From contig JAJDTR010000165.1 in assembly GCA_022827055.1 (NCBI GenBank), positions 17,682-81,681 on the forward strand: a DNA stretch of 64,000 nt, read 5' to 3'. The translations under genes and the position numbers were made by a program. Of the stretch, positions 41,057 through 51,600 are shown one piece after another (positions within the stretch are counted from its first letter, which is position 1; each line of letters begins with the position of its first letter). The notes under the pieces are model-generated. The model worked only from the letters and a program-made list of their open reading frames with translations. It ran no database searches and was not told the origin of the DNA. The DNA comes from Candidatus Poribacteria bacterium (GTDB taxonomy: Bacteria; Poribacteria; WGA-4E; JAJDTR01).

Positions 41057-42445
41057 TCACTGGCCACTAACCACTGGCACTGTCTTTTCACCCCATGGAT
41101 CCCCCCAGACCGGGTACTCATCATCGTCCAGAGACATCACCATATAGCCTTGCGTTGGCGAAATCTCCGTGTCGCCATCCAGCGTACTCTCCAACTGCGC
41201 GGATTCCAACGCCGGGTGATACAGGATTTGCGTTTCTCCGTCAATCATTACCTCAACCCATGCCACACAATCGAATACTACAAAGAAGTCGCTCACGACC
41301 GCCAAATATTCCGAATCTCGAGGCACTCCAATCAAATTCATACCATCCTTAAGATATATTATATCGTACCCATAATTGTACGCATCGCGAATAAACGTAA
41401 CTTCTACTGTCTCCTCCATGTCTATGAGGATACCGCGATAACGAGAAATCCATTCATCATGAACTGAAGGAGAGCTTGATATGATTGACCATAACTGAAC
41501 GGTCGGACGCAGCGCCGCAATCGAGTTGACATTCTCATCTTCCAGCAATTCAAACAGATCGGTGAAATAGAAGGCGATATACGGCTTGAAGGGAAGATGC
41601 AGCGAATTAACCCCCTCCGGGAAAGTCATGGTGTAGGTGAGATACGGCGTTGAGTCGGAACTTTCCCCCGAAGTCTTCTTTATCGGATCGGGAGGAGTTG
41701 TTGAATCGGTTTCGGAATCGTCACCGTCTTCCTCTTCATCATCATCTTCTTCCGTGACCACAACACTCGCAGATGGCCAATGGTTACTCTCTTTCGGTGC
41801 CGAATATCCTTTGCCATCTTCGCACAGCACCGCACTTCCTCCGCTGCCGCTCGTACCACCAGTTGAACGCCCTTGGTTGCCATCGCCACCATTTCCGCCG
41901 TTTTCCCCGTTGCCGCCATTTCCACTTTTACCGCCGTTGCCTCCGTTTCCATCACTACCCCCGTTGCCACCATTCTCGCCATTTCCGTTATTTCCATTGT
42001 TTCCGTCGTTCCCGTTATATTCGTTGTTCCCGTTATTGTCATTGATGTCACTGAATTCATTGATGTCATTGTTGCCATTGAGGCTATTGAGGCTATTGAC
42101 GCCGTTGCTGTTATGGTTGTTATTGTTGTTGTTATTTATGTTATTTACGTTATTCCCGTTGTTTCCCCTGTTTGTCGAGAACTCCCCGCAGTTTCCATCG
42201 GGTAACAGACCATAACTATTTTTCACTTCATTATACGCAGCCACGACACATGGGTCCCAACCCCCCGCTTCACCGTCGCCAAAGTGCCAGTGCAAATTAT
42301 CCGCATCGTTATTAACCACCCAGCGGTGAAAATCCGTGGTCGGAGTGTGAGACTCGTTATTCCTGTAATACGACGGTATATTATGGGCACTTACATTGAA
42401 ACCCATTCCCAGCAGTAGCAAACTGACGATACAGTATTTTCTCAT
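41057..42445 (-). CDS. secreted protein with a central Asn/Gly-rich low-complexity linker
   Basis: Signal peptide MRKYCIVSLLLLGMGFNVSAHN. The low-complexity tracts are NNNNNNHNSNG and (NG)n/(GNGG)n. Confidence 0.5.
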   Translation of the reverse strand: MRKYCIVSLLLLGMGFNVSAHNIPSYYRNNESHTPTTDFHRWVVNNDADNLHWHFGDGEAGGWDPCVVAAYNEVKNSYGLLPDGNCGEFSTNRGNNGNNVNNINNNNNNNHNSNGVNSLNSLNGNNDINEFSDINDNNGNNEYNGNDGNNGNNGNGENGGNGGSDGNGGNGGKSGNGGNGENGGNGGDGNQGRSTGGTSGSGGSAVLCEDGKGYSAPKESNHWPSASVVVTEEDDDEEEDGDDSETDSTTPPDPIKKTSGESSDSTPYLTYTMTFPEGVNSLHLPFKPYIAFYFTDLFELLEDENVNSIAALRPTVQLWSIISSSPSVHDEWISRYRGILIDMEETVEVTFIRDAYNYGYDIIYLKDGMNLIGVPRDSEYLAVVSDFFVVFDCVAWVEVMIDGETQILYHPALESAQLESTLDGDTEISPTQGYMVMSLDDDEYPVWGDPWGEKTVPVVSGQ

Positions 42446-42760
42446 CTCCGCCACTGGCACGATACAGGTCAAAGTCTCGATAGTGATTCATCCAAATTTG
42501 ACACAGATTGTCGCGACAGCACCGATCCTTTTAATCTCAGTAGACAAGCATCAAAACGCAGATTTGCTATCTTTCCTCCTCTGCCGTTTAATGAATAACG
42601 CCTTTTATTCAGTTTGGTAACAAAAACAAGCCTTCGAGTGAAATCTTCCTGCAACTATTGACTCCCCTACCTACCGTCCTTTTCCTGATCCATTCCAATC
42701 TGTGCCCCTCCCAATCTTTCTCCCTACCATCCTTCCACAGAACATGTTGCCGCATTTTTT

Positions 42761-43552
42761 TCAATCATTTTCTGCTCCTTGAACCGTACTAATCTCGTCT
42801 TTGGAAATCTTATGCACACTCTTCGGATTGAACGTCTGTGTGGTATCGACTCGCAGAGCAACCTCAATTCTCCCACCCGTCAGAACGAAGAACTGAATCA
42901 GGAAACCGCCGCCATCCATTGATTCCACTTGATACTCCTCTGAACCAACGCCGTCAAGCCAGAGTGACAACGACTCCCCAAATCTTGGGTTGTCAATCAC
43001 CTCCTGCGGCAAGGCGATGATTAACGTTCCCGGCTCGTCGCCAATCACCTCGCCGATGATTTTCCGCGTCTCAATCATGAAGGGAACAACGCGGCTCGCA
43101 TGCTCGAAATCTTCCTCACTCGTGCGCCGCGGCGGCACAAGCCCCCACGTGAGATGATGAATAAACGGATTCCCGTAACCTTGACTCAACATGTGATTCA
43201 ATGCCGGCTCATCCACGGGATGCACCACCGCCACATAGTCGAACCATCCCCTGCCTCGCGCGGAGCTGTCCTCCGGGAGCCGCGCGGAAACATTGATGTA
43301 GTCGCAACCGTCCACCGGCGACGGATAACAGCGCGCATCCCAGCCGGAGACGTAACCAAGTTGCTTCAGAGGTCCCGCAACCAGATAGGGTGGATCGGTG
43401 AAGATTGCCGCGTGATCGAGGTTCGGGAACAATTCGACACCCCTCGCCGTAATCTTTTCGGCGACTTCGACAGCCTCTCTGAATCTGAGCGCGGCGTTTT
43501 CTATGCTTAAATAGTCGGAAAAATCTTTCGGTAACACAACTGTGCTTGCCAT
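42761..43552 (-). CDS. hypothetical protein (263 aa)
   Basis: ORF with no recognisable family. Confidence 0.4.
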   Translation of the reverse strand: MASTVVLPKDFSDYLSIENAALRFREAVEVAEKITARGVELFPNLDHAAIFTDPPYLVAGPLKQLGYVSGWDARCYPSPVDGCDYINVSARLPEDSSARGRGWFDYVAVVHPVDEPALNHMLSQGYGNPFIHHLTWGLVPPRRTSEEDFEHASRVVPFMIETRKIIGEVIGDEPGTLIIALPQEVIDNPRFGESLSLWLDGVGSEEYQVESMDGGGFLIQFFVLTGGRIEVALRVDTTQTFNPKSVHKISKDEISTVQGAEND

Positions 43553-43952
43553 GATTAGCCTCCGTGTCGTAATCTCTTAAGAGTGCGCCTCAACTGCGGC
43601 GCGTTATACGCGATACAACGAAGTATGATAAACACCGGTGACAGATTCTTGCAGAACTAAATTCACGTGTGGCATAGTAGTAAGTGATAGCAAGCAGTAA
43701 ATCCAACGTCGATTCCAAACCGGTTTCACGGGTTTTCCATTGCACCTAGACGCTCTCGTATGAGATAATGATTGTGTAAGAGAGATACACCGAAAATGGG
43801 ATGAGAGACAAGACTGATTTGAGTTGAACGTCTCAAATATTTACCCCCGAAATGATTTTATCGCAGCCCTTGCCTAAATCCTCTCCATACGAATTTAGCA
43901 CTAATAAAAATGGATGACTATCTGAGAACCCGAGAACCTAAGGAGCTACAGA

Positions 43953-46646
43953 ATGCCGGCATCAACGCATACGCTTTTCGACTCGCTTCAATCCTTTGAA
44001 ACTGCTGGGCGGCAGATTCATTACTATTCGCTCCCCACGTTGGAGGAACGCGGAATCGGACCCATCTCAAAACTGCCAGTCAGCATCAGAGTTTTGATCG
44101 AATCGCTTTTAAGACACTTTGACGACCACCAAGTCACGGAGCAAGACATCACCGATTTGGCAAACTGGAACGCCGCAAATCCGAAAGCTGTCGAGTTGCC
44201 GTTTAAGCCGGCGCGAGTCGTTGCACAGGATTTCACAGGCGTGCCGCTTGTCGTTGACATTGCGGCGATGCGCGCCGCCGTTCAGGAACTCGGCGGCGAC
44301 CCGCTGATGATTGAACCGCTTGTCCCCGTCGATCTGGTTATTGATCACTCCGTACAAGTGGATTCATACGGATCTGCCAACTCGCTGCAAATCAATACAA
44401 AACGCGAGTTTGAACGCAACAAGGAACGCTATGAATTTCTGAAATGGGGGCAACAAGCTTTTGAGAAATTCAAGATTGTGCCGCCCTCGGTCGGCATCGT
44501 ACATCAGGTCAACCTCGAATTTCTGGCGAAGTGCGTAATGGCGGACGAAACCGGCGGGATGACCATCGCCTACTTCGATACCTTGGTCGGCACGGACTCC
44601 CATACGACGATGATTAACGGACTCGGTGTCGTCGGCTGGGGAGTCGGCGGCATTGAGGCGGAAGCCGCCATGCTGGGGCAACCCGTTTACATCTTGACTC
44701 CAGAAGTGCTGGGTGTGCATCTGACCGGTGCCGTCAAGGACGGCGTAACCGCAACCGATCTCGTCCTTACTGTCACGCAGCGGCTGCGGGAACAACAGGT
44801 TGTTGACAAGTTTGTGGAGTTCTACGGCGAAGGCGTGGAGGCGCTCTCGCTTCCCGATCGCGCCACAATCTCCAATATGTGCCCGGAGTACGGCGCGACC
44901 ATCGGTTTCTTCCCGCCCGACGACGAGGCGATGCGTTATCTTCGACTCACCGGTAGGGACGAGGCACACGTGCAGTTGGTGGAAGGTTACCTCAAAAGGC
45001 AATCGCTGTTTGGGATTCCAAAGGATGGAGAAGTCGAATACTCTGACGTTCTGGAGATAGATCTCAACGCAATCGAGCCGAGTATTTCGGGTCCCAAGCG
45101 GCCCCAAGATAGGATCGAGTTGCCAAACGTAAAGGAGTCATTCAGAGACCTGCTGACGCAATCGATAATCAAGGGTGGTTACGGTTTGGCGAGCGACGAA
45201 GTTGAGTCAAATCATTACGAAGTTACGCACGGTGCTGTCGTTATCGCCGCCATCACCAGTTGCACGAACACCAGCAACCCATCCGTCATGATTGGCGCCG
45301 GTCTACTTGCCAAGAATGCGGTTGAAAAAGGTTTATCGGTCCCCGATTACGTCAAAACCAGCCTCGCGCCCGGTTCGCGGGTTGTGACGGAATATTTACA
45401 AAATACCGGTCTCCTGCCCTATCTCAAAAAACTGGGATTCGACGTGGTGGGATACGGATGCACAACCTGCATCGGTAACAGTGGGCCGCTCGACGAGGGG
45501 GTTCAGGAGGCGATTGGCGATCGAAACTTGGTTACCGCGAGCGTTCTCTGCGGGAATCGAAATTTTGAGGCGCGCGTCCATCCCGATGTCAAAGCCAATT
45601 TCCTGATGTCACCACCGCTTGTGGTCGCCTACGGCATCGCCGGACGCATCGACATCAATCTCGTTACGGAGCCGCTCGGACATAACGACGAGGGGGAAGC
45701 AGTCTATCTGCGGGACATTTGGCCCTCCCACTCGGAGATAACCGACCTCATCAGTCAATCAGTGGACGCCGCGACATTCAAGCGGACATACGAGGGCATA
45801 AGCAACCGCGTGCCGGAATGGGATGACCTTGAGGGTGCGGAAGGCGCGCTCTATCCATGGCAAGAGGAAAGCACTTACGTTCAGAAACCGCCGTTCTTTG
45901 AAAACTTCAAGCTGGAACCGGATCCCATCTCCGACATCACGGGCGCACGCATCCTCGGAATCTTCGGCAATTCGGTCACCACCGACCACATCTCGCCCGC
46001 CGGATCAATCGCTGCGGAAAGCCCTGCGGGTCAGTACCTCATCGATCACGGCGTCGAGGGACGAGACTTCAATACCTACGGAGCGCGCCGCGGCAACGAT
46101 CGGGTGATGGCACGCGGCACATTCGCCAACAAACGTGTCAAGAACCTCATGTTGCCGGGGGTTGAAGGCGGATTCACGATTCAATTTCCCGACGAAAAGC
46201 AGACGACCATCTACGAAGCGGCAATGCACTACATGCGAAACGACATACCTACCGTCATCTTTGCTGGGAACGACTATGGCATGGGCAGTTCGCGGGATTG
46301 GGCGGCGAAGGGACCCAAGCTGCAGGGCGTTAAAGCGGTCATCGTGGAGAGCTTCGAGCGCATCCACCGCAGCAACTTGATCGGGATGGGAATCTTGCCG
46401 TTGCAGTTCCAAAATGGCGAGAACGTACGATCCCTTGGATTGGATGGGAGTGAGGTCATCAACATCACCGGCGTCACGGAAGACCTTCAACCGGGACAGA
46501 CGGTTACGATGGAGATTATCGGCGCTTCCGGAGAGAAGCGGAAAACAGAATTGCTCGTCCGAATCGACGCTTCAATCGAGGTTGAGTACTACAAGCACGG
46601 CGGAATCTTGGACTATGTAATCCGCGATCTGATGGGTCGCGCCTAA
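43953..46646 (+). CDS. acnA: aconitate hydratase A
   Basis: 897 aa with aconitase Cys ligands (CTNTSN, GCTTCIGNSG) and a C-terminal swivel domain. Confidence 0.93.
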   Translation: MPASTHTLFDSLQSFETAGRQIHYYSLPTLEERGIGPISKLPVSIRVLIESLLRHFDDHQVTEQDITDLANWNAANPKAVELPFKPARVVAQDFTGVPLVVDIAAMRAAVQELGGDPLMIEPLVPVDLVIDHSVQVDSYGSANSLQINTKREFERNKERYEFLKWGQQAFEKFKIVPPSVGIVHQVNLEFLAKCVMADETGGMTIAYFDTLVGTDSHTTMINGLGVVGWGVGGIEAEAAMLGQPVYILTPEVLGVHLTGAVKDGVTATDLVLTVTQRLREQQVVDKFVEFYGEGVEALSLPDRATISNMCPEYGATIGFFPPDDEAMRYLRLTGRDEAHVQLVEGYLKRQSLFGIPKDGEVEYSDVLEIDLNAIEPSISGPKRPQDRIELPNVKESFRDLLTQSIIKGGYGLASDEVESNHYEVTHGAVVIAAITSCTNTSNPSVMIGAGLLAKNAVEKGLSVPDYVKTSLAPGSRVVTEYLQNTGLLPYLKKLGFDVVGYGCTTCIGNSGPLDEGVQEAIGDRNLVTASVLCGNRNFEARVHPDVKANFLMSPPLVVAYGIAGRIDINLVTEPLGHNDEGEAVYLRDIWPSHSEITDLISQSVDAATFKRTYEGISNRVPEWDDLEGAEGALYPWQEESTYVQKPPFFENFKLEPDPISDITGARILGIFGNSVTTDHISPAGSIAAESPAGQYLIDHGVEGRDFNTYGARRGNDRVMARGTFANKRVKNLMLPGVEGGFTIQFPDEKQTTIYEAAMHYMRNDIPTVIFAGNDYGMGSSRDWAAKGPKLQGVKAVIVESFERIHRSNLIGMGILPLQFQNGENVRSLGLDGSEVINITGVTEDLQPGQTVTMEIIGASGEKRKTELLVRIDASIEVEYYKHGGILDYVIRDLMGRA

Positions 46647-46664
46647 TGCCATAGCGATTTCCGT

Positions 46665-47486
46665 TTATCTTTTATAAATCTCCCGCAAATCGAGCCGCGC
46701 ATCAACGGCGTCCGAGACGGCGTTCGTCCAATTTACATCCTCGATGCTCTGCAGACTCATCAGGGCTGAGTCAACCATAGAATTGGACAGCACAAAGTTC
46801 AACAGAAAACTGTCAAGATCGACACCCTCCATTGCTTTGGAGAAACAGTGGCACATCAGTTTCGGGAAGGCGCCGCTTGTAGTCGACCGCATCAGCACGA
46901 TCCCCATCCCCTGCGCCATTGCATCGGGGATAATGCCGCGATTCCCGAAGGCGTCACACGTGCTCTGATACATCAGATTGTAATGTGTCTGCATCACGTC
47001 GAACTCGCCAGTTGCAATCATGCGCTCGACGCCCGCCGAGGGACCATCCGCTGAAAATCCCAGAAACCGGACCTTTCCCTGATCGCGCAGCCGCCGGTAG
47101 GTCCCCAATCCACCGTCCTCCAGAACCTGTCGCGTCTCCTCCTCGCTGAACCACCCGCCGTGAAACTGAAGTACATCAATCACATCAATCCCTAGCCGCT
47201 TCAAGCTCCCATCCACATCCGCGATGATCCCCTCGGGATCGAAGGCTTCGGTCTTGGTTGCGATGATGCACTCATCTCGCCGCCCCTTGACGGCTTCCCC
47301 TATGATAATCTCGCTGAATCCGCCTCCATAGTCGGGCGCCGTGTCAAGATAGTTCAGCCCAGCCGCAAAGGCGGCATGGAGCATCTCGACTAACGCGCGT
47401 CTGTCCTGGTTGGGATTGACGCGACCGCCGCCGTATCCGACCTCCGAAACCCGCAAACCGGTACGGCCGAGTGTGCGATAGTTCAT
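46665..47486 (-). CDS. aldo/keto reductase family oxidoreductase
   Basis: AKR (beta/alpha)8 motifs (LDTAPDYG, GIDVIDVLQFHG). Confidence 0.85.
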   Translation of the reverse strand: MNYRTLGRTGLRVSEVGYGGGRVNPNQDRRALVEMLHAAFAAGLNYLDTAPDYGGGFSEIIIGEAVKGRRDECIIATKTEAFDPEGIIADVDGSLKRLGIDVIDVLQFHGGWFSEEETRQVLEDGGLGTYRRLRDQGKVRFLGFSADGPSAGVERMIATGEFDVMQTHYNLMYQSTCDAFGNRGIIPDAMAQGMGIVLMRSTTSGAFPKLMCHCFSKAMEGVDLDSFLLNFVLSNSMVDSALMSLQSIEDVNWTNAVSDAVDARLDLREIYKR

Positions 47487-47519
47487 GCTGATTCCTTTCG
47501 TGATGTGAAGATGAAGTGG

Positions 47520-47700
47520 TGCAGCCGTAGGTTGGGTTGAACGGAAATACGTTAGTAATCGCTAATCTTGTAACAGTTTTCGAGTGCCTATTTCGCTTGA
47601 ACGCGCCAAAATTTGAGTGAAACCCAACACGGCCTACCACCATGAGACCTCCTCTGCAATTAGATGCGTTTCCCCTGCCCCTACACATAACTCACCGAAG
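47520..47700. mobile_element. family-2 MITE-like element, second copy (core plus right TIR; left TIR degenerate)
   Basis: About 80% identical to 22990-23190, including CCATGAGACmCCyTGyAwTTAGATGCGTTTCCCCTGCyCCTA. Confidence 0.4.
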
Positions 47701-50700
47701 AACCGTTTGTGCGCTCCCCAACCCGTGTCGTTCGATTGCTGCGCTTGACGCTGTCATTCCCGAAAAGCGCTTCGACTTCCGCCACAAGCTCGGGTTCATA
47801 TGACACATTGTACTTTGGGCTGCATTGGGCTACGACCTCGCCATACCGTGGGTACGGCAGTCTCAAAATCAAGTCGTTGTCCCCGTCGTGCTGGTTACAG
47901 ATCGCTAGTAACCTTTCCATCTTTTCCTGATTTGCGACATCCGCTTCGGGAACTGTGACCTCAACCGCCGATGTCAATCGCTCCACGACCTGACCAATAG
48001 GCAAAATCTCCGACGCTTGAATCTGTCGCACATCCTCTTCTATCTCCCCTTCATCCGTTCTCGCTTGCCCCCGATTCTGGCTCACCGCGCCGCGTACCCA
48101 CACGAAGTTTCCCTCCTCAATGGCATGTTGCGATGTTTTGTATGCCTCTGGAAAAACAACCACATCGAATGCGCCCTCCAAATCTTCAATCACAAGAATA
48201 GCCATCGATTCGCCGGTTCTTCTCGTTTTCGTGAGGCGGAACGAAGATATCTGACCGGCAACGTACACCTCCGTTCCGTTGGGATTCTCGGCGAGAGTTT
48301 GCGACGATGCAGTGGTAAAATAGCCAAGGACATCATCGTAGGCTTCCAACGGGTGCCCGGAGAGATAGAATCCGAGTTGCTCCTTCTCGTTTTTGAGCAC
48401 CTCATCAGGTTCCCACTCCGACACTTCATCAAGAACAGGTTCCGTAACCGGTAGTTCCTGCTCCGCCGCGCCGAACAGATTCATCTGCCCCTTCTCCCGA
48501 TCCGCTTGCGCAGACTGCGCCACCCGCATCACTTGCTCTAAGTTGGCTAAGTGTTGCGCTCTGTGTCCATCAAACGAATCAAATGCGCCAGCCATTACCA
48601 AACTTTCGATTACTCGCTTGCTGACTGCCTTTGTATCAACCCTCTCACAGAAATCTTGTAGCGACGTGAACGAACCATCCTTTTCACGGGTCTTCACTAT
48701 CGATTCAATCGCGCCTTCGTTCACATTCTTGACGGCTGCCAACCCAAATCGAATGTCTTCCCCGTCCACGGTAAAATCCCAACCGCTGCTATTCACGTCT
48801 GGCGGAAGAACGTCCATCTTTATACCCAGAAACTCCGATAGATGGCGGCACTCGGCGATATACTTCACGATCTTATCGCTGGAGCCGGACTCCCCGCTCA
48901 TCATCGACGCCATGAACTCGCGGGGATAGTGCGTCTTGAGATACGCCGTCTGATAAGACATAATCGCATACGCGACGGTGTGTGAACGATTAAAGGCATA
49001 TCGACCAAACGGTTCGAGATAGTCGAAAACCTCACCCGCCTTCTTGTCGTCAATCCCGTTGTTCGCGGCGCCCTCGATGAACTTTTCGCGCTGCATTTTG
49101 AGCACGTCCATCTTCTTTTTGCCCATCGCATCACGGAGCACGTCCGCTTCCCCAAGCGTAAAGCCCGCCATGTCCCGCGCAATCTGCATTACCTGCTCCT
49201 GATAGATACAAACGCCGTAAGTATTCTTCAGCGCTTCTTCCAGCGTCGGATGGAGATAGGTTACCGATTCAACCTTAAGCTTTCGGCGAATGAACTTGTC
49301 CATCATGCCGCTATCCAACGGGCCTGGGCGGTAGAGCGCGGAAATTGGCACAAAATCCTCGAAGTTGTTGGGTTTAATCTGCATCGTGACACGCCGCATT
49401 CCCGGCGAGGTTTCCAACTGGAAAAGCCCCGCTACCAATCCCGCGCTGATCACCTGATATGTTTTTTCGTCATCAAGCGGGATGCCTTCAAGCGTAAGCT
49501 CAACTCCGTGCCGCTCCTTAATCTGCGCGAGACAATGATGTGCCTCGCTCAGCGTCCGCAGTCCGAGGAAGTCGAATTTCACCATGCCTACATCCTCAAG
49601 CGTCTTGAGATTGTATTGCGTCGCAACGCGGTCGTTCTTGTCCTTGAAAAGCGGAACATAGTCCGTCAGTGGACCGTTTGCCAACACAATCCCGCAGGCG
49701 TGAATGGAGACATGCCGCTTCATCCCCTCGATCGACTTGGCGACCTCCATCATATCCCGATTTTCCTCGGATTCGGCAAGCTCGCGGAATCGCGGAACGT
49801 CCTCCAATGACTCGTCGAGCGTCACGCCGGGAACCATGGGAATTAGCTGCGTCACTCGGCGAACGTCCTGCATCTCCATATTGAGCGCACGACCCACATC
49901 GATCACCGCCGCTTTTGCGGCGAAGGTGCTGAAGGTCGCCACCTGCCCGACGCACTCCGAACCATATTTCTCCGTAAGATAATCAATGACAATTTTGCGG
50001 TGTTCGTCTCCGAAGTCAATGTCGATATCGGGCATGCTGATGCGTTCAAGATTTAGGAACCGTTCAAACAGACAATCATACTCAAGCGGGTTGAACGTCG
50101 TGACGCCAAGCGCGAACATCGCCAAACTTCCACCCGCCGATCCACGACCGATAAAAGGGATTTTCTGCTGCCGAGCAAAGTTGACGTAGTCCCAAACAAT
50201 CAGCAGATAACCGGCATACCCCGTCTTCCCTATGACCGTAAGTTCATCGTCAAGTCGTTTTCTCATCTCCGTCGAAATTTCGCCGTACCTCTCGCGCAGC
50301 GCATCCTCGCATAGTTTGGCAAGATACGACTCCGCTGTGTACCCCACGGGAACTTCGTATTTCGGCATAATATGTTCGCCGTAATCGAGTTCAAGCTGGC
50401 AGCGATTCGCAATCTCTAGCGTATTCGTAATCGCTTCCGGCGGAAAATCCTTCAGCGCATCGTGCATCTCGTCAATGTTCTTAAAATAGAATTCGTTGAG
50501 GAAGCGCATGCGATTTTCTTCATCCACCGTGCGTTTCATCTGAATACATAGCAACACATCGTGCATCGTGTGATCCGACCGGCTGAGGTAGTGGCAGTCG
50601 TTCGTCCCAACAATTGGTAGGCCGTGCTCCTGAGCGAGTTGGGTCATCACCGCGTAGGCGCTTTTCTCCTCGGGAATCCCGTGGTTCTGAACCTCGACAT

Positions 50701-51217
50701 ACAGATTGCCACGTCCCATAACGTCCTGCAACTGTTGAAAGTTCTTCACCGCGGCTTCGCGCTGGTTCGCTGCCAACAGTGCCGGGACGTATCCTTGGAT
50801 GCACCCCGTCAGTGCGATGATACCATCCCGATGCGCGCGCAAGATTTCCATATCGATTCGAGGTTTAGAGTAGAATCCCTCCAGATAGCCGAGCGACACC
50901 AACTTCATGAGGTTCCGATAGCCGGTGGCATCCTCCGCAAGCAGCGTCAGGTGATAGGCGCTCCCCTGCTCTCGTCCGCGCTCGTGGCGGTTCTCCGGAG
51001 CGACGTAGACCTCGCAGCCCACGATTGGATTCACACCTTTGTCCTTCGCCTTCTTGTAGAACTCCCACGCGCCAAACATGTTGCCGTGATCCGTCAACGC
51101 CACGGCTTGCACGCTCTGCTCATACGCCCAATCGACGATGCCCTCAATGTGACACGCGCCGTCAAGGAAACTGTATTCACTATGATTATGAAGATGTACA
51201 AATGCGGATGTCGCCAT
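47681..51217 (-). CDS. dnaE: DNA polymerase III alpha subunit
   Basis: N-terminal PHP domain HLHNHSEYSFLDGA, 1178 aa, and the polymerase core. Confidence 0.95.
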   Translation of the reverse strand: MATSAFVHLHNHSEYSFLDGACHIEGIVDWAYEQSVQAVALTDHGNMFGAWEFYKKAKDKGVNPIVGCEVYVAPENRHERGREQGSAYHLTLLAEDATGYRNLMKLVSLGYLEGFYSKPRIDMEILRAHRDGIIALTGCIQGYVPALLAANQREAAVKNFQQLQDVMGRGNLYVEVQNHGIPEEKSAYAVMTQLAQEHGLPIVGTNDCHYLSRSDHTMHDVLLCIQMKRTVDEENRMRFLNEFYFKNIDEMHDALKDFPPEAITNTLEIANRCQLELDYGEHIMPKYEVPVGYTAESYLAKLCEDALRERYGEISTEMRKRLDDELTVIGKTGYAGYLLIVWDYVNFARQQKIPFIGRGSAGGSLAMFALGVTTFNPLEYDCLFERFLNLERISMPDIDIDFGDEHRKIVIDYLTEKYGSECVGQVATFSTFAAKAAVIDVGRALNMEMQDVRRVTQLIPMVPGVTLDESLEDVPRFRELAESEENRDMMEVAKSIEGMKRHVSIHACGIVLANGPLTDYVPLFKDKNDRVATQYNLKTLEDVGMVKFDFLGLRTLSEAHHCLAQIKERHGVELTLEGIPLDDEKTYQVISAGLVAGLFQLETSPGMRRVTMQIKPNNFEDFVPISALYRPGPLDSGMMDKFIRRKLKVESVTYLHPTLEEALKNTYGVCIYQEQVMQIARDMAGFTLGEADVLRDAMGKKKMDVLKMQREKFIEGAANNGIDDKKAGEVFDYLEPFGRYAFNRSHTVAYAIMSYQTAYLKTHYPREFMASMMSGESGSSDKIVKYIAECRHLSEFLGIKMDVLPPDVNSSGWDFTVDGEDIRFGLAAVKNVNEGAIESIVKTREKDGSFTSLQDFCERVDTKAVSKRVIESLVMAGAFDSFDGHRAQHLANLEQVMRVAQSAQADREKGQMNLFGAAEQELPVTEPVLDEVSEWEPDEVLKNEKEQLGFYLSGHPLEAYDDVLGYFTTASSQTLAENPNGTEVYVAGQISSFRLTKTRRTGESMAILVIEDLEGAFDVVVFPEAYKTSQHAIEEGNFVWVRGAVSQNRGQARTDEGEIEEDVRQIQASEILPIGQVVERLTSAVEVTVPEADVANQEKMERLLAICNQHDGDNDLILRLPYPRYGEVVAQCSPKYNVSYEPELVAEVEALFGNDSVKRSNRTTRVGERTNGSSVSYV

Positions 51218-51540
51218 ATTTCTCCTTGATTTTTATCACAACCCTTTTATCAATAAATGCAAGAATTACGACTGTAGATTTTTCCTCCCGGCCTAGGTTC
51301 TGTTGACATTTGAAAATTGAGCCAAAATTGAGTCAATTTCCGTAGGGGTTGGGTTTCCCAACCCGCTGGGCGAGGAGACCTCGCCCCTACGATAGAGACT
51401 TATCGGCGAATTATGGACACACATTACATAAATGTCAACACGCCCTAGCCCTTTTATATCTTGGGCGACCTAGAGATTAGATTCTATTATGAATTCCTTA
51501 GCGTGTCTAGCGATTTGTAATCGCCCCACACGGAAAACGG

Positions 51541-51580
51541 ATGTGTATGTAGGATCAAGCGAATGGATAATGAGCGCGAT
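51541..51580. repeat. solo copy of the dispersed element (GGATCAAGCGAATGGATAATGAGCGCGATAG)
   Basis: Almost identical to the reverse-strand copy at 58083-58125. Confidence 0.5.
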
Positions 51581-51600
51581 AGAGATCCCCATGCCCCGCT

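Noticed and set aside
41637-42215. 192-aa Ser/Pro/Leu low-complexity ORF
   Set aside because: Mirror-strand reading of the Asn/Gly-rich low-complexity coding region of the secreted protein gene, so an artefact of repeat DNA.
42761-43552. DPPY tetrapeptide, suggesting an N6-adenine methyltransferase
   Set aside because: No accompanying FxGxG SAM-binding motif or other methyltransferase blocks could be found, so the DPPY is probably coincidental.
44364-45107. 247-aa ORF antisense to acnA
   Set aside because: It lies inside a well-supported aconitase gene on the other strand. No RBS and no domain.
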